Source: Chthoniobacterales bacterium
GTDB lineage: Bacteria; Verrucomicrobiota; Verrucomicrobiia; Chthoniobacterales; Chthoniobacteraceae
Reading direction: 5' to 3'
Assembly (NCBI GenBank): GCA_038207335.1
Contig: JBBQZX010000005.1
Location: 162,439 to 226,438 of the forward strand
Length of the DNA stretch: 64,000 nucleotides
In this document: positions 45,517 to 55,667 of the stretch, piece by piece
Position numbering within the stretch: the first letter of the stretch is position 1
How the letters are laid out: each line of letters begins with the position of its first letter
Notes under the pieces: generated by a model
Database searches by the model: none
The model's input: the letters and a program-made list of their open reading frames with translations, nothing else
What the model was told of the DNA's origin: nothing
Translations under genes and position numbers: made by a program

Positions 45517-48504
45517 TCACCGCGCGCTGTCGCTCTCCTCACTCTCGCGCGTGCGCTTTCGCTTCTTCGCGAGGAGTCTCTCTGTCGTCGATGCGGCAGG
45601 GGGCGCCGCCTCGGAAGGCTGTGCGGACGAGGCTTGCGAGGCGGCGGGCGTAGACGGTGCGGTTTTGAAAGATGGTTCCGCGCGAGCTGCCAGCGCTCTG
45701 CTGACTTGCTTCTTGCGCTGCAGCAGCGCGCTCATTGTCTCCTCCGACTCGCCCTCTCTCCCGCGCGAAAACCAGCCGCGGATCACGCTCCTGTCGAGCT
45801 GCACGCGGCGCAACGCGACATCGACCGGGACCAAAATCGCCAGCGCAAAAAGAAACCAGTCGAACACCGGACGGCTGCTCTCGCGCGCATCGCGGGCGGT
45901 CGGGAAAACGTCGAGATCGTTTGCGCTGAGCACGCGTCCGCCGGTGCGCTCGGCGATCGTTTTGAGCAGCATCGGATCGCTTTTGAAACGCAGATACTCC
46001 GGCGAGTACGGCACGGCGAAGCCCGCCGTTGCTTGCTCCTGGCGCTGCGCGCCATTTTCACCGGAGCCCGCGCCGGCTATTGCGATCTGGTAGCGGCCTT
46101 TGCCCGCGAGCGGGAAAGTCGCGCTGTATTGGCGCGGCGCGGTCTGCCGCAGGGCGAGCGTCGTGCTCTCGCCGTGCGGCCCGGTGACCTTCGCCGCGAG
46201 ATCGAGAAAAGTCTCCGTTTTAGCAAAATCCTCGACGTTGATCGTGCCCTCCCCGCCGCTCGCAAACGCCTCCACGTGCAAGTCGCTGTGCTGCTCGACG
46301 CGCGAAAGGTCGGTTACGAGCTGCTTCACGAAGGCGCGATATTTCTCCCAGCCGACCCACTCTGCGGCCCAGTTGGGCGCGAGGTCGCTCGTCCACGCGG
46401 CAGTGGTGCCGAGGCCGAAGCGCCACGTCGCGAGCACCGGATCGATGTCGCCCGCGGGCTCTCCGACGGCGGGCGGCGCGCGCAGGATCGTGGTCGCGCG
46501 AGCCTTCGGAGTTGTGAGCACGAAGCCCCGCAGCGGCGGCAGCGCGTCGATGCCTTTCAAGATGGGCGAGGGGAACTCGACGAGCGGCGTGAAGACGCGA
46601 TTTTGCACCATCGAGCGCTTCAGCGTCTTGGCCTCCTTGATGAAAATGCTCGGGAGCTCCGCGGGATTTTGCGGGAAATAATAACGCCCGCCGGTCGCCG
46701 CCGCGATCGACTGCATGATCGAAATATCCGTCCCGCCGTGCGGATTGATCGCGACCATCGAGACGCTCACTTTCGCATCCACAAATGCCTGCACGAGCGC
46801 GGGCGTTGGAGGCGATGGATCGCCGTCGCTGATGACGATGCAGTGCTTCGTCGCCGCGTCGCTTTTCGCCAATCCCGTGAGCGCGAGCTGCATGATATTT
46901 TGAAAACTCGGCATGTCGCCGGGCTCCGCCTGATTGATGAGCACGGCGAGCTTTTCAAACTCGCTCGCGGGCGTGAGCGGGAAAATCCACTGCTCTCCGC
47001 CATTGCCATAATCGAGCATCCCCACCTCGTCCTGCGCGCCGAGCACGCGAACGGATTCCTTCGCGATCCGCTTCGCCCATGTATTGCCCTCCGCGAATTC
47101 GCAGGTGTGCAGCACGACCGCGAGAGCGCCTTTTGGCAGCACCTTTTTCTGCGTCACATCCATCGTCACCGGCAGCGCCTCCTCGACCGCGCTGCGGTGG
47201 TATCCGCCGGGGCCAAAGCTCTGCGGCCCGCCGAGCATCAGGAAACCGGTGCCCTGGTCGTAAATCGCGCTGCGCAAGGCCTGGAGCTGTACCGCGTCGA
47301 ATGCGTCCGCCGGCACATTCGGAAAAACGATGAGGTCGTACGGCAGCAGCGAGAGCGCGTCGCGCGGAAATTCGTAGGCCATGCGTACCTGCGCGACGCG
47401 CTCGCTGGCCTTCAGCGCATCGGTGAAAGTCTCCCAGTCCCGCGAGTCGCCGCGCGCATCCGTAACGACGAGCACTTTTCCCTCGCCGCGCAGATAAAGC
47501 TGCCCCATCGCGATATTGTTCTCGGCCCATCCGTCCTCGCCTTTCGGCGGTTCGATCGTTGCTACGTATTCGTAGTATCCCGGCTCGCGGAGATAAAGCG
47601 GCAGCGAAAATCGGCTCTTGCCCGCATCGAACGTGATCTCCATTTCGAAGATCGTCTTTCCATTCTCCGCTAGCGTGAGTTTTCCCGATCCGGTCTGTAG
47701 CGAGTGGAGCAGGACGCTCGCTTCGTAAGTCTCGCCCGCCTTCACGACTCGCGGCAGATCGAGCCGCTCGAGCCACACCTCCTTTTCATACGCGAAACTG
47801 ACCGGCAGCACATCGACCGCGATGCAGCGCGCCTTCAGCGAATCGAGCTGCGCGGCCACGCTGCTGCTGGTTTCATTCCCATCGCTCACTAGGACGATAC
47901 GGCCCTGGTTCCCCTCCGGCAGCACGGCGGCTGCGAGGCTCAGCGCCTGCGCGAGATCGGTGCCGTCGCGTGCGACGCGGGTGTTCATCGCCTCGAAAGG
48001 AAACGTCTGGCGCGGCGGCAGCTCGACAGCGGCGTCGCGACCGAAAACGACGAGCCCGGCTTCGTCTTTCTCGGGCTTCTTCGCGACCGTTTGCATCACC
48101 CATCCGAGCGCCTTGTCGCTCACTTTTTCGCCCATCGAATTCGACACATCGAGCGCGTAGATGACCGAGAGCTTTTTGCTCCGCCGCACCGCGCGCGGCT
48201 CTGCGAGCAGCATCACAAAAGCCCCGACCAGTCCGAGCCGCACGAGCAGCGCGGTGGCCGCGCGTCCTTTGCCAAAGCCGCTTCCGCCCGCATGGTGCAT
48301 CCACCAGACCCACGGCGCGACCGCGACCAGCGCAAACGCCGGGCGGTAGTTGAAGCGCAGAATCGCGCGCCATTCCAGCAGCAGAACGAGCCCGCCAAAC
48401 GCCGCGAGAAAAAGCACGAGCGGCAGCAGCGCGCGCCACGTCACCGGCTGCCGTGCGGGCGGGAAAATGAAGCGAATGAAGCGCGGGGTGTGCACCGGGG
48501 GCAT
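45517..48504 (-). CDS. Membrane-anchored vWA protein with a GATase-like domain and a second vWA-like domain
   Basis: N-terminal TM helices; DVSNS MIDAS, SDGNET, GGPQSFGPGGY...LPV, ISDGDP and TGGRY motifs; C-terminal TM helix. Confidence 0.85.
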   Translation of the reverse strand: MPPVHTPRFIRFIFPPARQPVTWRALLPLVLFLAAFGGLVLLLEWRAILRFNYRPAFALVAVAPWVWWMHHAGGSGFGKGRAATALLVRLGLVGAFVMLLAEPRAVRRSKKLSVIYALDVSNSMGEKVSDKALGWVMQTVAKKPEKDEAGLVVFGRDAAVELPPRQTFPFEAMNTRVARDGTDLAQALSLAAAVLPEGNQGRIVLVSDGNETSSSVAAQLDSLKARCIAVDVLPVSFAYEKEVWLERLDLPRVVKAGETYEASVLLHSLQTGSGKLTLAENGKTIFEMEITFDAGKSRFSLPLYLREPGYYEYVATIEPPKGEDGWAENNIAMGQLYLRGEGKVLVVTDARGDSRDWETFTDALKASERVAQVRMAYEFPRDALSLLPYDLIVFPNVPADAFDAVQLQALRSAIYDQGTGFLMLGGPQSFGPGGYHRSAVEEALPVTMDVTQKKVLPKGALAVVLHTCEFAEGNTWAKRIAKESVRVLGAQDEVGMLDYGNGGEQWIFPLTPASEFEKLAVLINQAEPGDMPSFQNIMQLALTGLAKSDAATKHCIVISDGDPSPPTPALVQAFVDAKVSVSMVAINPHGGTDISIMQSIAAATGGRYYFPQNPAELPSIFIKEAKTLKRSMVQNRVFTPLVEFPSPILKGIDALPPLRGFVLTTPKARATTILRAPPAVGEPAGDIDPVLATWRFGLGTTAAWTSDLAPNWAAEWVGWEKYRAFVKQLVTDLSRVEQHSDLHVEAFASGGEGTINVEDFAKTETFLDLAAKVTGPHGESTTLALRQTAPRQYSATFPLAGKGRYQIAIAGAGSGENGAQRQEQATAGFAVPYSPEYLRFKSDPMLLKTIAERTGGRVLSANDLDVFPTARDARESSRPVFDWFLFALAILVPVDVALRRVQLDRSVIRGWFSRGREGESEETMSALLQRKKQVSRALAARAEPSFKTAPSTPAASQASSAQPSEAAPPAASTTERLLAKKRKRTRESEESDSAR

Positions 48505-48583
48505 TTGAAACACGAAGGCGCGAAGCCACGAAGCGAAGAACGCAAGCAGGCCGGCACGGCATCGCTGCGCGCGAAGCTCGTTG

Positions 48584-48636
48584 GTAGCTCAAGCCTCCGG
48601 CTTGAGCCATTGCCGCAAGCCGGAGGCTTGGGCTAC
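48584..48636. repeat. GTAG-type REP doublet
   Basis: GTAGCTCAAGCCTCCGGCTTG ... CAAGCCGGAGGCTTGGGCTAC; overlaps the stop of the NHL gene. Confidence 0.88.
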
Positions 48637-49535
48637 AGCCGCAGCGTCACGAGCCGGCGGTTCTTGGTGTCGGCTACATGGATGCGGCCTTGCGAATCGA
48701 CGACGATTCCCCAAGGCGTTCCGAATTCGCTTTCGCCGCCGCCGGATTTGCCGAAATGCGCGAGCAGACGGCCCTCGGGACTCACGCGGGAGAGGCGCCC
48801 CCCGCCGTATTCGATGATGTAAAAATTGCCGTCGGGGCCGATGTCGATGTCGTAGGGCAGGTCGAAGCTCAAGGCGGCATCGGCCTCTCCGAGCAGGCCG
48901 AGATATTTCCCGGCCTCGCTGAAGATGAGGACTCGGTTGTTGATCGCGTCGGCGACGAAGACTTTTCCGTCACGCCATGTGAGGCCGGATGGGCGCTGGA
49001 ACTGGCCCGGCTCAGTGCCAAATCCGCCGAAGCTCGCGAGCCATTTTCCCTCGCGTGTAAATTTCTGGATGCGGTCGTTTCCGCCGTATTCGCACACGTA
49101 GAGATTTTCGTCCGCGTCTTTGCAAATGCCGACGGGGTATATGAAGTCTCCGTCCGCGAATCCTTTGCTACCGATGGTTTGCAGCCAATTGCCCTGTGCA
49201 TCGAACCAGACGACGCGGTGATAATGCGTGTCGCAGACGACCACGCAGCCGTCTTTCAAAATGACGATCCCCTCCGGTTTTCCGACGCTCACATCGAGCA
49301 TTTTCCATTGTCGCTGGAGCGCGCCTTTTGAGTCGTAGATGAGAACGCGTCCTGCGGTGTCGAGGACTGCGAGTTCGTCGGCGGGGCCGATCGCGAGGCT
49401 CCGCGGGGTCGGGAGAAATGCGCCGTCGGGCGGGAGAATCCACGCGTGCCATTCGCGCGCGGTGAGCGCCGGAACGGTGCCGGACCGGGAGCATCCGGCG
49501 AGTAGCAGGAGCAGGAGGAAAATGGCGCGGTTCAT
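48633..49535 (-). CDS. NHL-repeat beta-propeller lipoprotein
   Basis: LAGC lipobox; repeated F..P.GI...YV.D..N.RI blades. Confidence 0.88.
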   Translation of the reverse strand: MNRAIFLLLLLLAGCSRSGTVPALTAREWHAWILPPDGAFLPTPRSLAIGPADELAVLDTAGRVLIYDSKGALQRQWKMLDVSVGKPEGIVILKDGCVVVCDTHYHRVVWFDAQGNWLQTIGSKGFADGDFIYPVGICKDADENLYVCEYGGNDRIQKFTREGKWLASFGGFGTEPGQFQRPSGLTWRDGKVFVADAINNRVLIFSEAGKYLGLLGEADAALSFDLPYDIDIGPDGNFYIIEYGGGRLSRVSPEGRLLAHFGKSGGGESEFGTPWGIVVDSQGRIHVADTKNRRLVTLRL

Positions 49536-50437
49536 TTGCGGAGGCGGATCGCGGCGTGGTCGCCGGCCTTAAGATGCGGGCCGCTTGGGCGGTGCGTGAA
49601 TGCGCGCGTTGAGCCGGATTTGTCCCGCACCTCCACGGTCTCGCCGGTTCCGAAAAACGTGACGCGCTGCACGGTGGTGCGTCCCGCGGGGTCGGCAACG
49701 ATCTCGATCTGCTCGGGGCGAAAGCAGCGCGAGGCATCGATATCTTCGTCGAACCAGCGCTGCGTTTCGTCGGGAGTGAGCCAGTTTCCGGGGCCGAGGA
49801 AAGTCATCAACTCGGGTGTCGGCGGAACTGCGTAGAGATCGGCGACGGAGCTGGAATGCAGCACGCGTCCGGCGCGCAGACTGACGACGCGCGCGGCCTC
49901 CGCGAGGACGAGTTCGGGAACGTGCGTGGCGAAGATGAGCGATGCACCGGTCATCGCGATGTGCTCGCGGATGATGTTCCAATATTTCCCGGCGCGCGCG
50001 GGATCGACGTGGACGAGCGGCTCGTCCATGAGCAGCACTGGCGCATCCGCGGCGAGCGCGCGGGCAACGGAGAGGCGGGACTGCTCGCCCTCGGAAAGCT
50101 CGTGGGGCCTTGATTCCGACTTGGTTTCGAGGTCAAAGGCGGTGAGCAGATCGTCAATTCCATCGCGGTTTCGACACGCGATTTTGAGGTGCTCGCGGGC
50201 GGTGCAATGCGCCCACAAGCCCCCATTTTGCGGCACCCATGCCGTGCGCGGGTCGCCGATGATCTTGCCGCTCGATGGCGTTTCAAAACGCGCGAGGAGA
50301 TCGAGGAGCGAAGTCTTTCCTGCGCCGGACCAACCGAGCAGCGCGGTCACGCCTGTCTCGATTTTCAACGAGACTTCGCGGAGCCGTGCGGGCTCGAGCG
50401 AGACGGCTTCAAGTTGCCAGAGATGGGCCGCGGGCAT
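49532..50437 (-). CDS. ABC transporter ATP-binding protein
   Basis: GWSGAGKT, LSEGE signature, LLMDEP and ATH motifs; TOBE-like tail. Confidence 0.85.
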   Translation of the reverse strand: MPAAHLWQLEAVSLEPARLREVSLKIETGVTALLGWSGAGKTSLLDLLARFETPSSGKIIGDPRTAWVPQNGGLWAHCTAREHLKIACRNRDGIDDLLTAFDLETKSESRPHELSEGEQSRLSVARALAADAPVLLMDEPLVHVDPARAGKYWNIIREHIAMTGASLIFATHVPELVLAEAARVVSLRAGRVLHSSSVADLYAVPPTPELMTFLGPGNWLTPDETQRWFDEDIDASRCFRPEQIEIVADPAGRTTVQRVTFFGTGETVEVRDKSGSTRAFTHRPSGPHLKAGDHAAIRLRK

Positions 50438-50531
50438 TGAGCGCGGAGTGAGGCGCAGGGGCTCGGGCGGGTCAAGTGGCGGGTGGTTCGGGACTCGCCG
50501 CGTGTGCGGACAGCGGGTAAAACTCACGGGA

Positions 50532-51776
50532 GTGTCCCCCTTTCTGCACATCCCGAGTTTCATTGAGCGCAAGCGCGATGGTGGCGAGTTGAGCGACAGC
50601 GAGATTGGCGAATTCATTCGCCGCTACACGGAAGGGGACGTGCCGGATTATCAGGCGAGCGCGTGGGCGATGGCGGTTTATTTTCAAGGCATGAGCGCGG
50701 GGGAGACGAGCGCGCTGACTGCGGCGATGATGCGGAGCGGGCGCGTGCTGCGGCATCCCGACGGATCGCCGCCGAAGGTCGATAAACACTCGACCGGCGG
50801 CATCGGCGACAAAGTCTCGCTCGTGCTCGCGCCGCTGCTCGCGTGCGACGATTTGTGGGTGCCGATGATCTCGGGGCGCGGGCTCGGGATCACGGGCGGC
50901 ACGCTCGATAAGCTCGAAAGCATCCCCGGATTTCGCGTCGCGCTGAGCGAGGAGGAAACGCGTGCGCAGCTCGAGAAACTCGGCGTCGCGATGATCGGAC
51001 AGTCGGCGGATTTGTGCCCGGCGGACAAAAAACTTTACGCGTTGCGGGATGTGACGGCGACGGTGCCGTCGCAGCCGCTGATCGTGGCGAGCATCATGAG
51101 CAAGAAGCTCGCGGAGAGCCTCGACCGGCTCGTGCTCGATGTGAAATTTGGCTCGGGCGCGTTCATGAAAACGCGGGAGGAGGCGGAGTCGCTCGCGGCG
51201 GGGCTCGTCGCGGTGGGGCGGGAGATGGGCGTGCAGACTTCATTCCAACTTACGCCGATGGACGAGCCGCTCGGGCGCGCGGTGGGCAATGCACTGGAGG
51301 TGGCCGAGTGCGTGGAAACCCTGCTGGGACGCGGCCCGGTGGACCTCGTGACGCTAACGCTCGACCTCGCGGAGACGCTTGCGAATGAGCAGCGCGAGCA
51401 ACTCCAGCGCTGGCTGGAGGACGGGACGGCGTGGCGGAAGTTTCTGGCGATGTGCGAGGCGCAAGGCGGCGATGCGAGCGCGCTGGAGCGGCTCGCGGAG
51501 GTGCATCGCGCGCCGATTTTGTGCGAACTCGTCGCGCCGCACGGCGGCAGGATCGAGGAGATGGATGCGGGGACGATCGGGCGCGCGGCGGTGTCGCTCG
51601 GGGCGGGGCGCGCGCAGGCGAGCGACGATGTGGATTTTGCGGTGGGCTTTTCGGCGATCAAAAAAGTGGGCGAACGGGTGGAGAAAGGTGAGCCGCTGCT
51701 GGTCGTCCATGCGCGGGATGAGGACCGGCTCGCAACGGCGCTCGGGCAGCTCAAGGAAGCGGTGGTCATCGCGTGA
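50532..51776 (+). CDS. deoA: Thymidine / pyrimidine-nucleoside phosphorylase
   Basis: DKHSTGGIGDK, SGRGLGITGGTLDKLESIPG and SIMSKK motifs; start approximate (GTG 50532). Confidence 0.92.
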   Translation: MSPFLHIPSFIERKRDGGELSDSEIGEFIRRYTEGDVPDYQASAWAMAVYFQGMSAGETSALTAAMMRSGRVLRHPDGSPPKVDKHSTGGIGDKVSLVLAPLLACDDLWVPMISGRGLGITGGTLDKLESIPGFRVALSEEETRAQLEKLGVAMIGQSADLCPADKKLYALRDVTATVPSQPLIVASIMSKKLAESLDRLVLDVKFGSGAFMKTREEAESLAAGLVAVGREMGVQTSFQLTPMDEPLGRAVGNALEVAECVETLLGRGPVDLVTLTLDLAETLANEQREQLQRWLEDGTAWRKFLAMCEAQGGDASALERLAEVHRAPILCELVAPHGGRIEEMDAGTIGRAAVSLGAGRAQASDDVDFAVGFSAIKKVGERVEKGEPLLVVHARDEDRLATALGQLKEAVVIA

Positions 51777-52513
51777 AAATCGGACGTGCGCACCGGCTCG
51801 CTGCGGCGCTGATTTTCGCGACTGCGGTGGCGAGGGCGGACGAAAAGGCGGAGACGGTGCAGAAGCTGATTCCGTGGCTTCTGGATCAAAACGAGGCGCT
51901 CCATGGTGTGCTTTTTTCCGACGTGATCGCGGCGACTTCTGGGAAGCGCGTGCTGCCATTCGACCGCGCGGATGCGGATGACAAACGCATCCTCGTGCTC
52001 ATCGGAACGGCGCTGGATGCTGTCCTGGCGGACATGAACGGCCCGGCGAGCACGGTTCAAAATGCGAAGCGCGTGAATGAGATGAGCAGTCATTTTGAAG
52101 ACGCCATCCGGCTGAAGCTGCGCGCGGTGCCGGGCTTTGCGTGCGACTTTCCGCTGACTGCGGCGGGGCGGCATCAGCGCTCGGGGTACCCCGATTTGCG
52201 GCTCGTGGATTCGGCGACGGGACGCGTGGTCTATCTCGATCCGAAGCTGTTTGCGAAGGGGAGTCGGACGAGCAGCTTTCGGACGTTTTATTTCGAGCCG
52301 AAGCGCGAAACGAACAAGGTGACTGACGACGCGCGGCATCTAATCGTCGGCATCGAGCAGGAACGCGGGGCGGACGGCCGTGTGCGATTTTTGAAATGGG
52401 AGCTGATCGATCTCAGCGGCTTCCGCGTGAAGCTGAAGGCGGAGTTCGAGGGGAGCAACGCGGACATGTATCGGCCCGAAGCCGTGGTCGGCAGCGGCAG
52501 CGCGGAGAAGTGA
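51773..52513 (+). CDS. Signal-peptide protein with a PD-(D/E)XK nuclease-like motif
   Basis: MKIGRAHRLAAALIFATAVARA signal; NEMSSHFE, SGYPDLRL and YLDPK. Confidence 0.65.
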   Translation: MKIGRAHRLAAALIFATAVARADEKAETVQKLIPWLLDQNEALHGVLFSDVIAATSGKRVLPFDRADADDKRILVLIGTALDAVLADMNGPASTVQNAKRVNEMSSHFEDAIRLKLRAVPGFACDFPLTAAGRHQRSGYPDLRLVDSATGRVVYLDPKLFAKGSRTSSFRTFYFEPKRETNKVTDDARHLIVGIEQERGADGRVRFLKWELIDLSGFRVKLKAEFEGSNADMYRPEAVVGSGSAEK

Positions 52514-52565
52514 CCGACGCGACGCGGGGCTTCACGGATGCGGTTTGGGGTGGCATCGTGCGCTG

Positions 52566-53060
52566 ATGAATTTTGTCGGCATCGGTTATGACGTTCACCA
52601 ATTCGCGGAGGGACGCCCGCTCATCCTCGGCGGCGTGGAGATTCCGCACACGCACGGGCTCGACGGGCATTCTGATGCGGATGTGCTCGCGCACGCGATC
52701 GCGGATGCGGTGCTCGGCGCGGTCGGCGAGCGGGACATCGGCCATCATTTTCCAAACACGGACGAGTCGATTCGCGGAATCAGCAGCCTCGAGATTTTGA
52801 GGAAAGTGAGTGCGCTTCTGACGGCGAAAAATGCACGTGTGGTGAATATCGACGCGACGCTCGTGGCCGAGTGGCCGAAGATCGGGCCGCACGTGGAGGC
52901 GATGCGCGAAAACCTCGCGCGGGCGCTGCAAATCGCGGTGCCGCGAGTCGGCGTGAAGGCGACTACGAACGAGCGGATGGGGTTTCTCGGTCGCGGCGAG
53001 GGGATCGCGGCGATGGCAGTCGCTAGCGTCGAAATGACCGAGAGCGCGGGGCCTGTTTAA
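52566..53060 (+). CDS. ispF: 2-C-methyl-D-erythritol 2,4-cyclodiphosphate synthase
   Basis: GIGYDVH, GHSDADV, DIGHHFP and KATTNE motifs. Confidence 0.96.
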   Translation: MNFVGIGYDVHQFAEGRPLILGGVEIPHTHGLDGHSDADVLAHAIADAVLGAVGERDIGHHFPNTDESIRGISSLEILRKVSALLTAKNARVVNIDATLVAEWPKIGPHVEAMRENLARALQIAVPRVGVKATTNERMGFLGRGEGIAAMAVASVEMTESAGPV

Positions 53061-53587
53061 AATTTCAGGAAAGATCGCACCGGGGTGCTTTCGAGGCGGG
53101 CGGCACCGTTGAGGAAACCGAGTTCGATGAGGAATTGCGCCTCGACGAGTTCGGCGCCCATCTGGCGGATGAGCAGGCTCGCGGCGGCTGCGGTGCCACC
53201 GGTTGCGAGGAGGTCATCGACGAGCACGACACGCTCGGCGGGGCGCAGCGCGTCGGTGTGCATCTCGACGATCGCCTCGCCGTACTCGAGCTGGTAGGCG
53301 GCGGACTGGCAATGGAATGGGAGCTTCCCTTTTTTCCGCACGGGGATGAATCCGACGCCGAGTTCGTACGCGACCGCTGCGCCGAAGACGAAGCCGCGCG
53401 CGTCGATGCCGACGATTTTATCCGGCCTGCACTGCCGTGCGGCTTCGACGAAAATGTCGATCGAGAGGCGGAAGAGTTCGGCGTCGGCGAGAATTGGGGT
53501 GATGTCTTTGAAGACGATGCCGGGCTTTGGAAAATCGGGGATGTCGCGAATTCCGGCACGCAGGTTCTGAAGATCGGCTTGGTCCAT
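53057..53587 (-). CDS. apt: Adenine phosphoribosyltransferase
   Basis: PDFPKPGIVFKD, RKKGKLP, LEYG and VDDLLATGGT motifs. Confidence 0.96.
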   Translation of the reverse strand: MDQADLQNLRAGIRDIPDFPKPGIVFKDITPILADAELFRLSIDIFVEAARQCRPDKIVGIDARGFVFGAAVAYELGVGFIPVRKKGKLPFHCQSAAYQLEYGEAIVEMHTDALRPAERVVLVDDLLATGGTAAAASLLIRQMGAELVEAQFLIELGFLNGAARLESTPVRSFLKF

Positions 53588-53699
53588 GTGGGGGCGCTTT
53601 TCGCAAAGCAGCGGAGCAGTGGCAAGGCGGGCGTGCAGCTCGCGAAGCCGCTATCGAAAAGACTCGCGAGCAAGCGGTGAGGAATTGACGGGAACGCCT

Positions 53700-53728
53700 T
53701 TGACATCGCGAGAACGTTGCCCATAAAG
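53700..53728 (+). promoter_or_regulatory. Possible sigma70 promoter for the pilus cluster
   Basis: TTGACA at 53700-53705; only a weak -10 (CATAAA) follows. Confidence 0.3.
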
Positions 53729-53853
53729 GACTCCGACGCGTGAAAGCCGGTGAGCCGGCCGCTGTTCGTAGGCTGGAAAATTGCCTCGGGCAAGCGGCCT
53801 GCGAATCTCCGGGGCGCGTATTTCCAGCGCCCAAACCCTCTTCCTTCCCCGAC

Positions 53854-55551
53854 GTGGCTGCCAACGACGACTACATCCTCGAAATCCTGGTTGAAACCGG
53901 GCTTGTCACGAATTCCCAACTCGAGCGCGCGCGCTCCGAAGCTCGAAAGGACGAGACGCCGATCGATGCGCTGATCCGGCAGGGAGTCGTCGGGCAGGAA
54001 GATGTGACTCGTGCGCACGCGGCGCACGCGGCGATGGATTTTGTCGATCTCGAGCACGTCGCGGTGAGCGAGGAAGTGATCGCGCAATTTCCCCGCGAAC
54101 ATGCGAAGCGCTTCAAGGTGATGCCAATCGCGGAGTCGGAAACCGGGCTCATGGTCGCGGTCGGCGATCCGTTGAATTTCGACACGTTCGACACGCTTCA
54201 TCACTTGCTGCAGCGCGACTTGGAATTCGTCTGCGCGACGCCAGAGTCGATCCACACGGCGTATCGGAAATACTACGGCACGGCGGACGAGGCGGCGGAT
54301 GAGCTCGCGGCGCAACTTGGCGGCGAGGTCGCTTTCGGCGAGTCGGGCGCGGAGGGCCAGGAGGGCGGCGACGCGGATGCGCCTATTATTAAGATGGTCA
54401 CGATGATGCTGCTCGAGGCGTATCAGATGCGGGCGAGCGACATTCATCTGGAGCCGCTGGAAAAGCGGTTCCGCGTGCGCTTTCGTGTGGATGGCGTGCT
54501 GCACGAGATGACGAATCCGCCGAAGAAACTTCAGAGCGCGATCATCTCGCGGCTGAAGATCATGACGGGCTCGATGTCGATCGCGGAAAAGCGGCTGCCG
54601 CAGGACGGGCGCATCCAGGTGAAAATGGGGAAGAACAAGGCGATCGACTTGCGCGTCTCGACGGTGCCGACGAATCACGGCGAGTCCGTCGTCATGCGTA
54701 TCCTCGACAAATCGTCGCTGTCGCTAGGACTCCCGCAGCTCGGATTTTTGTCGGACGACCAGGAGATTATCGAGCAACTGCTGAAGCTGCCGGATGGCAT
54801 CATGCTTGTCACGGGGCCGACCGGGTCTGGGAAAACGACAACGCTTTACGGCTGCCTGCACTACATCAACAAGCCGGACAAAAAGCTGATCACGGTCGAG
54901 GACCCGGTCGAGTACGTGATGTCCGGCATCAATCAGGTGCAGGTCAACGCCGACATCGGCATGACCTTTCCCGCGGCGCTCCGATCGATCCTGCGGCAGG
55001 CGCCGAATATCATCATGATCGGTGAGATTCGAGACGTGGAGACGGCGAATATCGCCATCAATGCGTCGCTTACAGGGCATCTCGTTTTTTCCACGCTCCA
55101 CACGAATGATGCGCCGAGCGCGGTCGCGCGTCTCGTCGATATCGGCGTGCAGCCGTTCCTCGTTTCATCGGCGGTGCGGGCGATCATCGCGCAGCGGCTC
55201 GTGAGAAAAGTGTGCCCGAAGTGCACGCATCCCTATGAGCTGACTCCGGCGGAAATGAGCGCGCTCGGGCTCGATTCGACGCAGCTCGAGGGCGCGACCG
55301 TGAAGAAAGGAATCGGCTGCGATTTCTGCAAGCACCTCGGATACAAAGGCCGGATGGGCATTTTCGAGATGTTCCTCATCGACGATGAAGTGCGGCACAT
55401 GGTGAACAACAAGGCGTCCACCGTGGAGCTGCGGAAACGTGCGCGCGAAATGGGAATGCGCACGCTGCGTGAGGACGGCGTGCGAAAAGTGCTCGCCGGT
55501 CTGACGACGGCGGAGGAAGTGATCGGTGTCACGATGTCGGACGCGGATTGA
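53854..55551 (+). CDS. pilB: GspE/PilB assembly ATPase (paralogue 1)
   Basis: [30 protein letters not shown] and CPKC/CDFC motifs. Confidence 0.92.
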   Translation: MAANDDYILEILVETGLVTNSQLERARSEARKDETPIDALIRQGVVGQEDVTRAHAAHAAMDFVDLEHVAVSEEVIAQFPREHAKRFKVMPIAESETGLMVAVGDPLNFDTFDTLHHLLQRDLEFVCATPESIHTAYRKYYGTADEAADELAAQLGGEVAFGESGAEGQEGGDADAPIIKMVTMMLLEAYQMRASDIHLEPLEKRFRVRFRVDGVLHEMTNPPKKLQSAIISRLKIMTGSMSIAEKRLPQDGRIQVKMGKNKAIDLRVSTVPTNHGESVVMRILDKSSLSLGLPQLGFLSDDQEIIEQLLKLPDGIMLVTGPTGSGKTTTLYGCLHYINKPDKKLITVEDPVEYVMSGINQVQVNADIGMTFPAALRSILRQAPNIIMIGEIRDVETANIAINASLTGHLVFSTLHTNDAPSAVARLVDIGVQPFLVSSAVRAIIAQRLVRKVCPKCTHPYELTPAEMSALGLDSTQLEGATVKKGIGCDFCKHLGYKGRMGIFEMFLIDDEVRHMVNNKASTVELRKRAREMGMRTLREDGVRKVLAGLTTAEEVIGVTMSDAD

Positions 55552-55552
55552 T

Positions 55553-55648
55553 GCAGTCTCGGTGCGTAGTGTGCAGTATTAGGTGTTCAGTATTCAGTCT
55601 GGTGCTCGGCCCGCCCGGCGACTGAATACTGAAACTGGCTCACTGAAT
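55553..55648. repeat. Inverted heptamer-repeat element
   Basis: TTCAGTATTCAGT (55586-55598) and ACTGAATACTGAA (55621-55633) with degenerate flanking heptamers. Confidence 0.75.
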
Positions 55649-55667
55649 GCCCCTCACCCTCCCGTCT

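Noticed and set aside
45442..47673. 743-aa plus-strand ORF
   Set aside because: Shadow of the vWA gene; no recognisable motifs.
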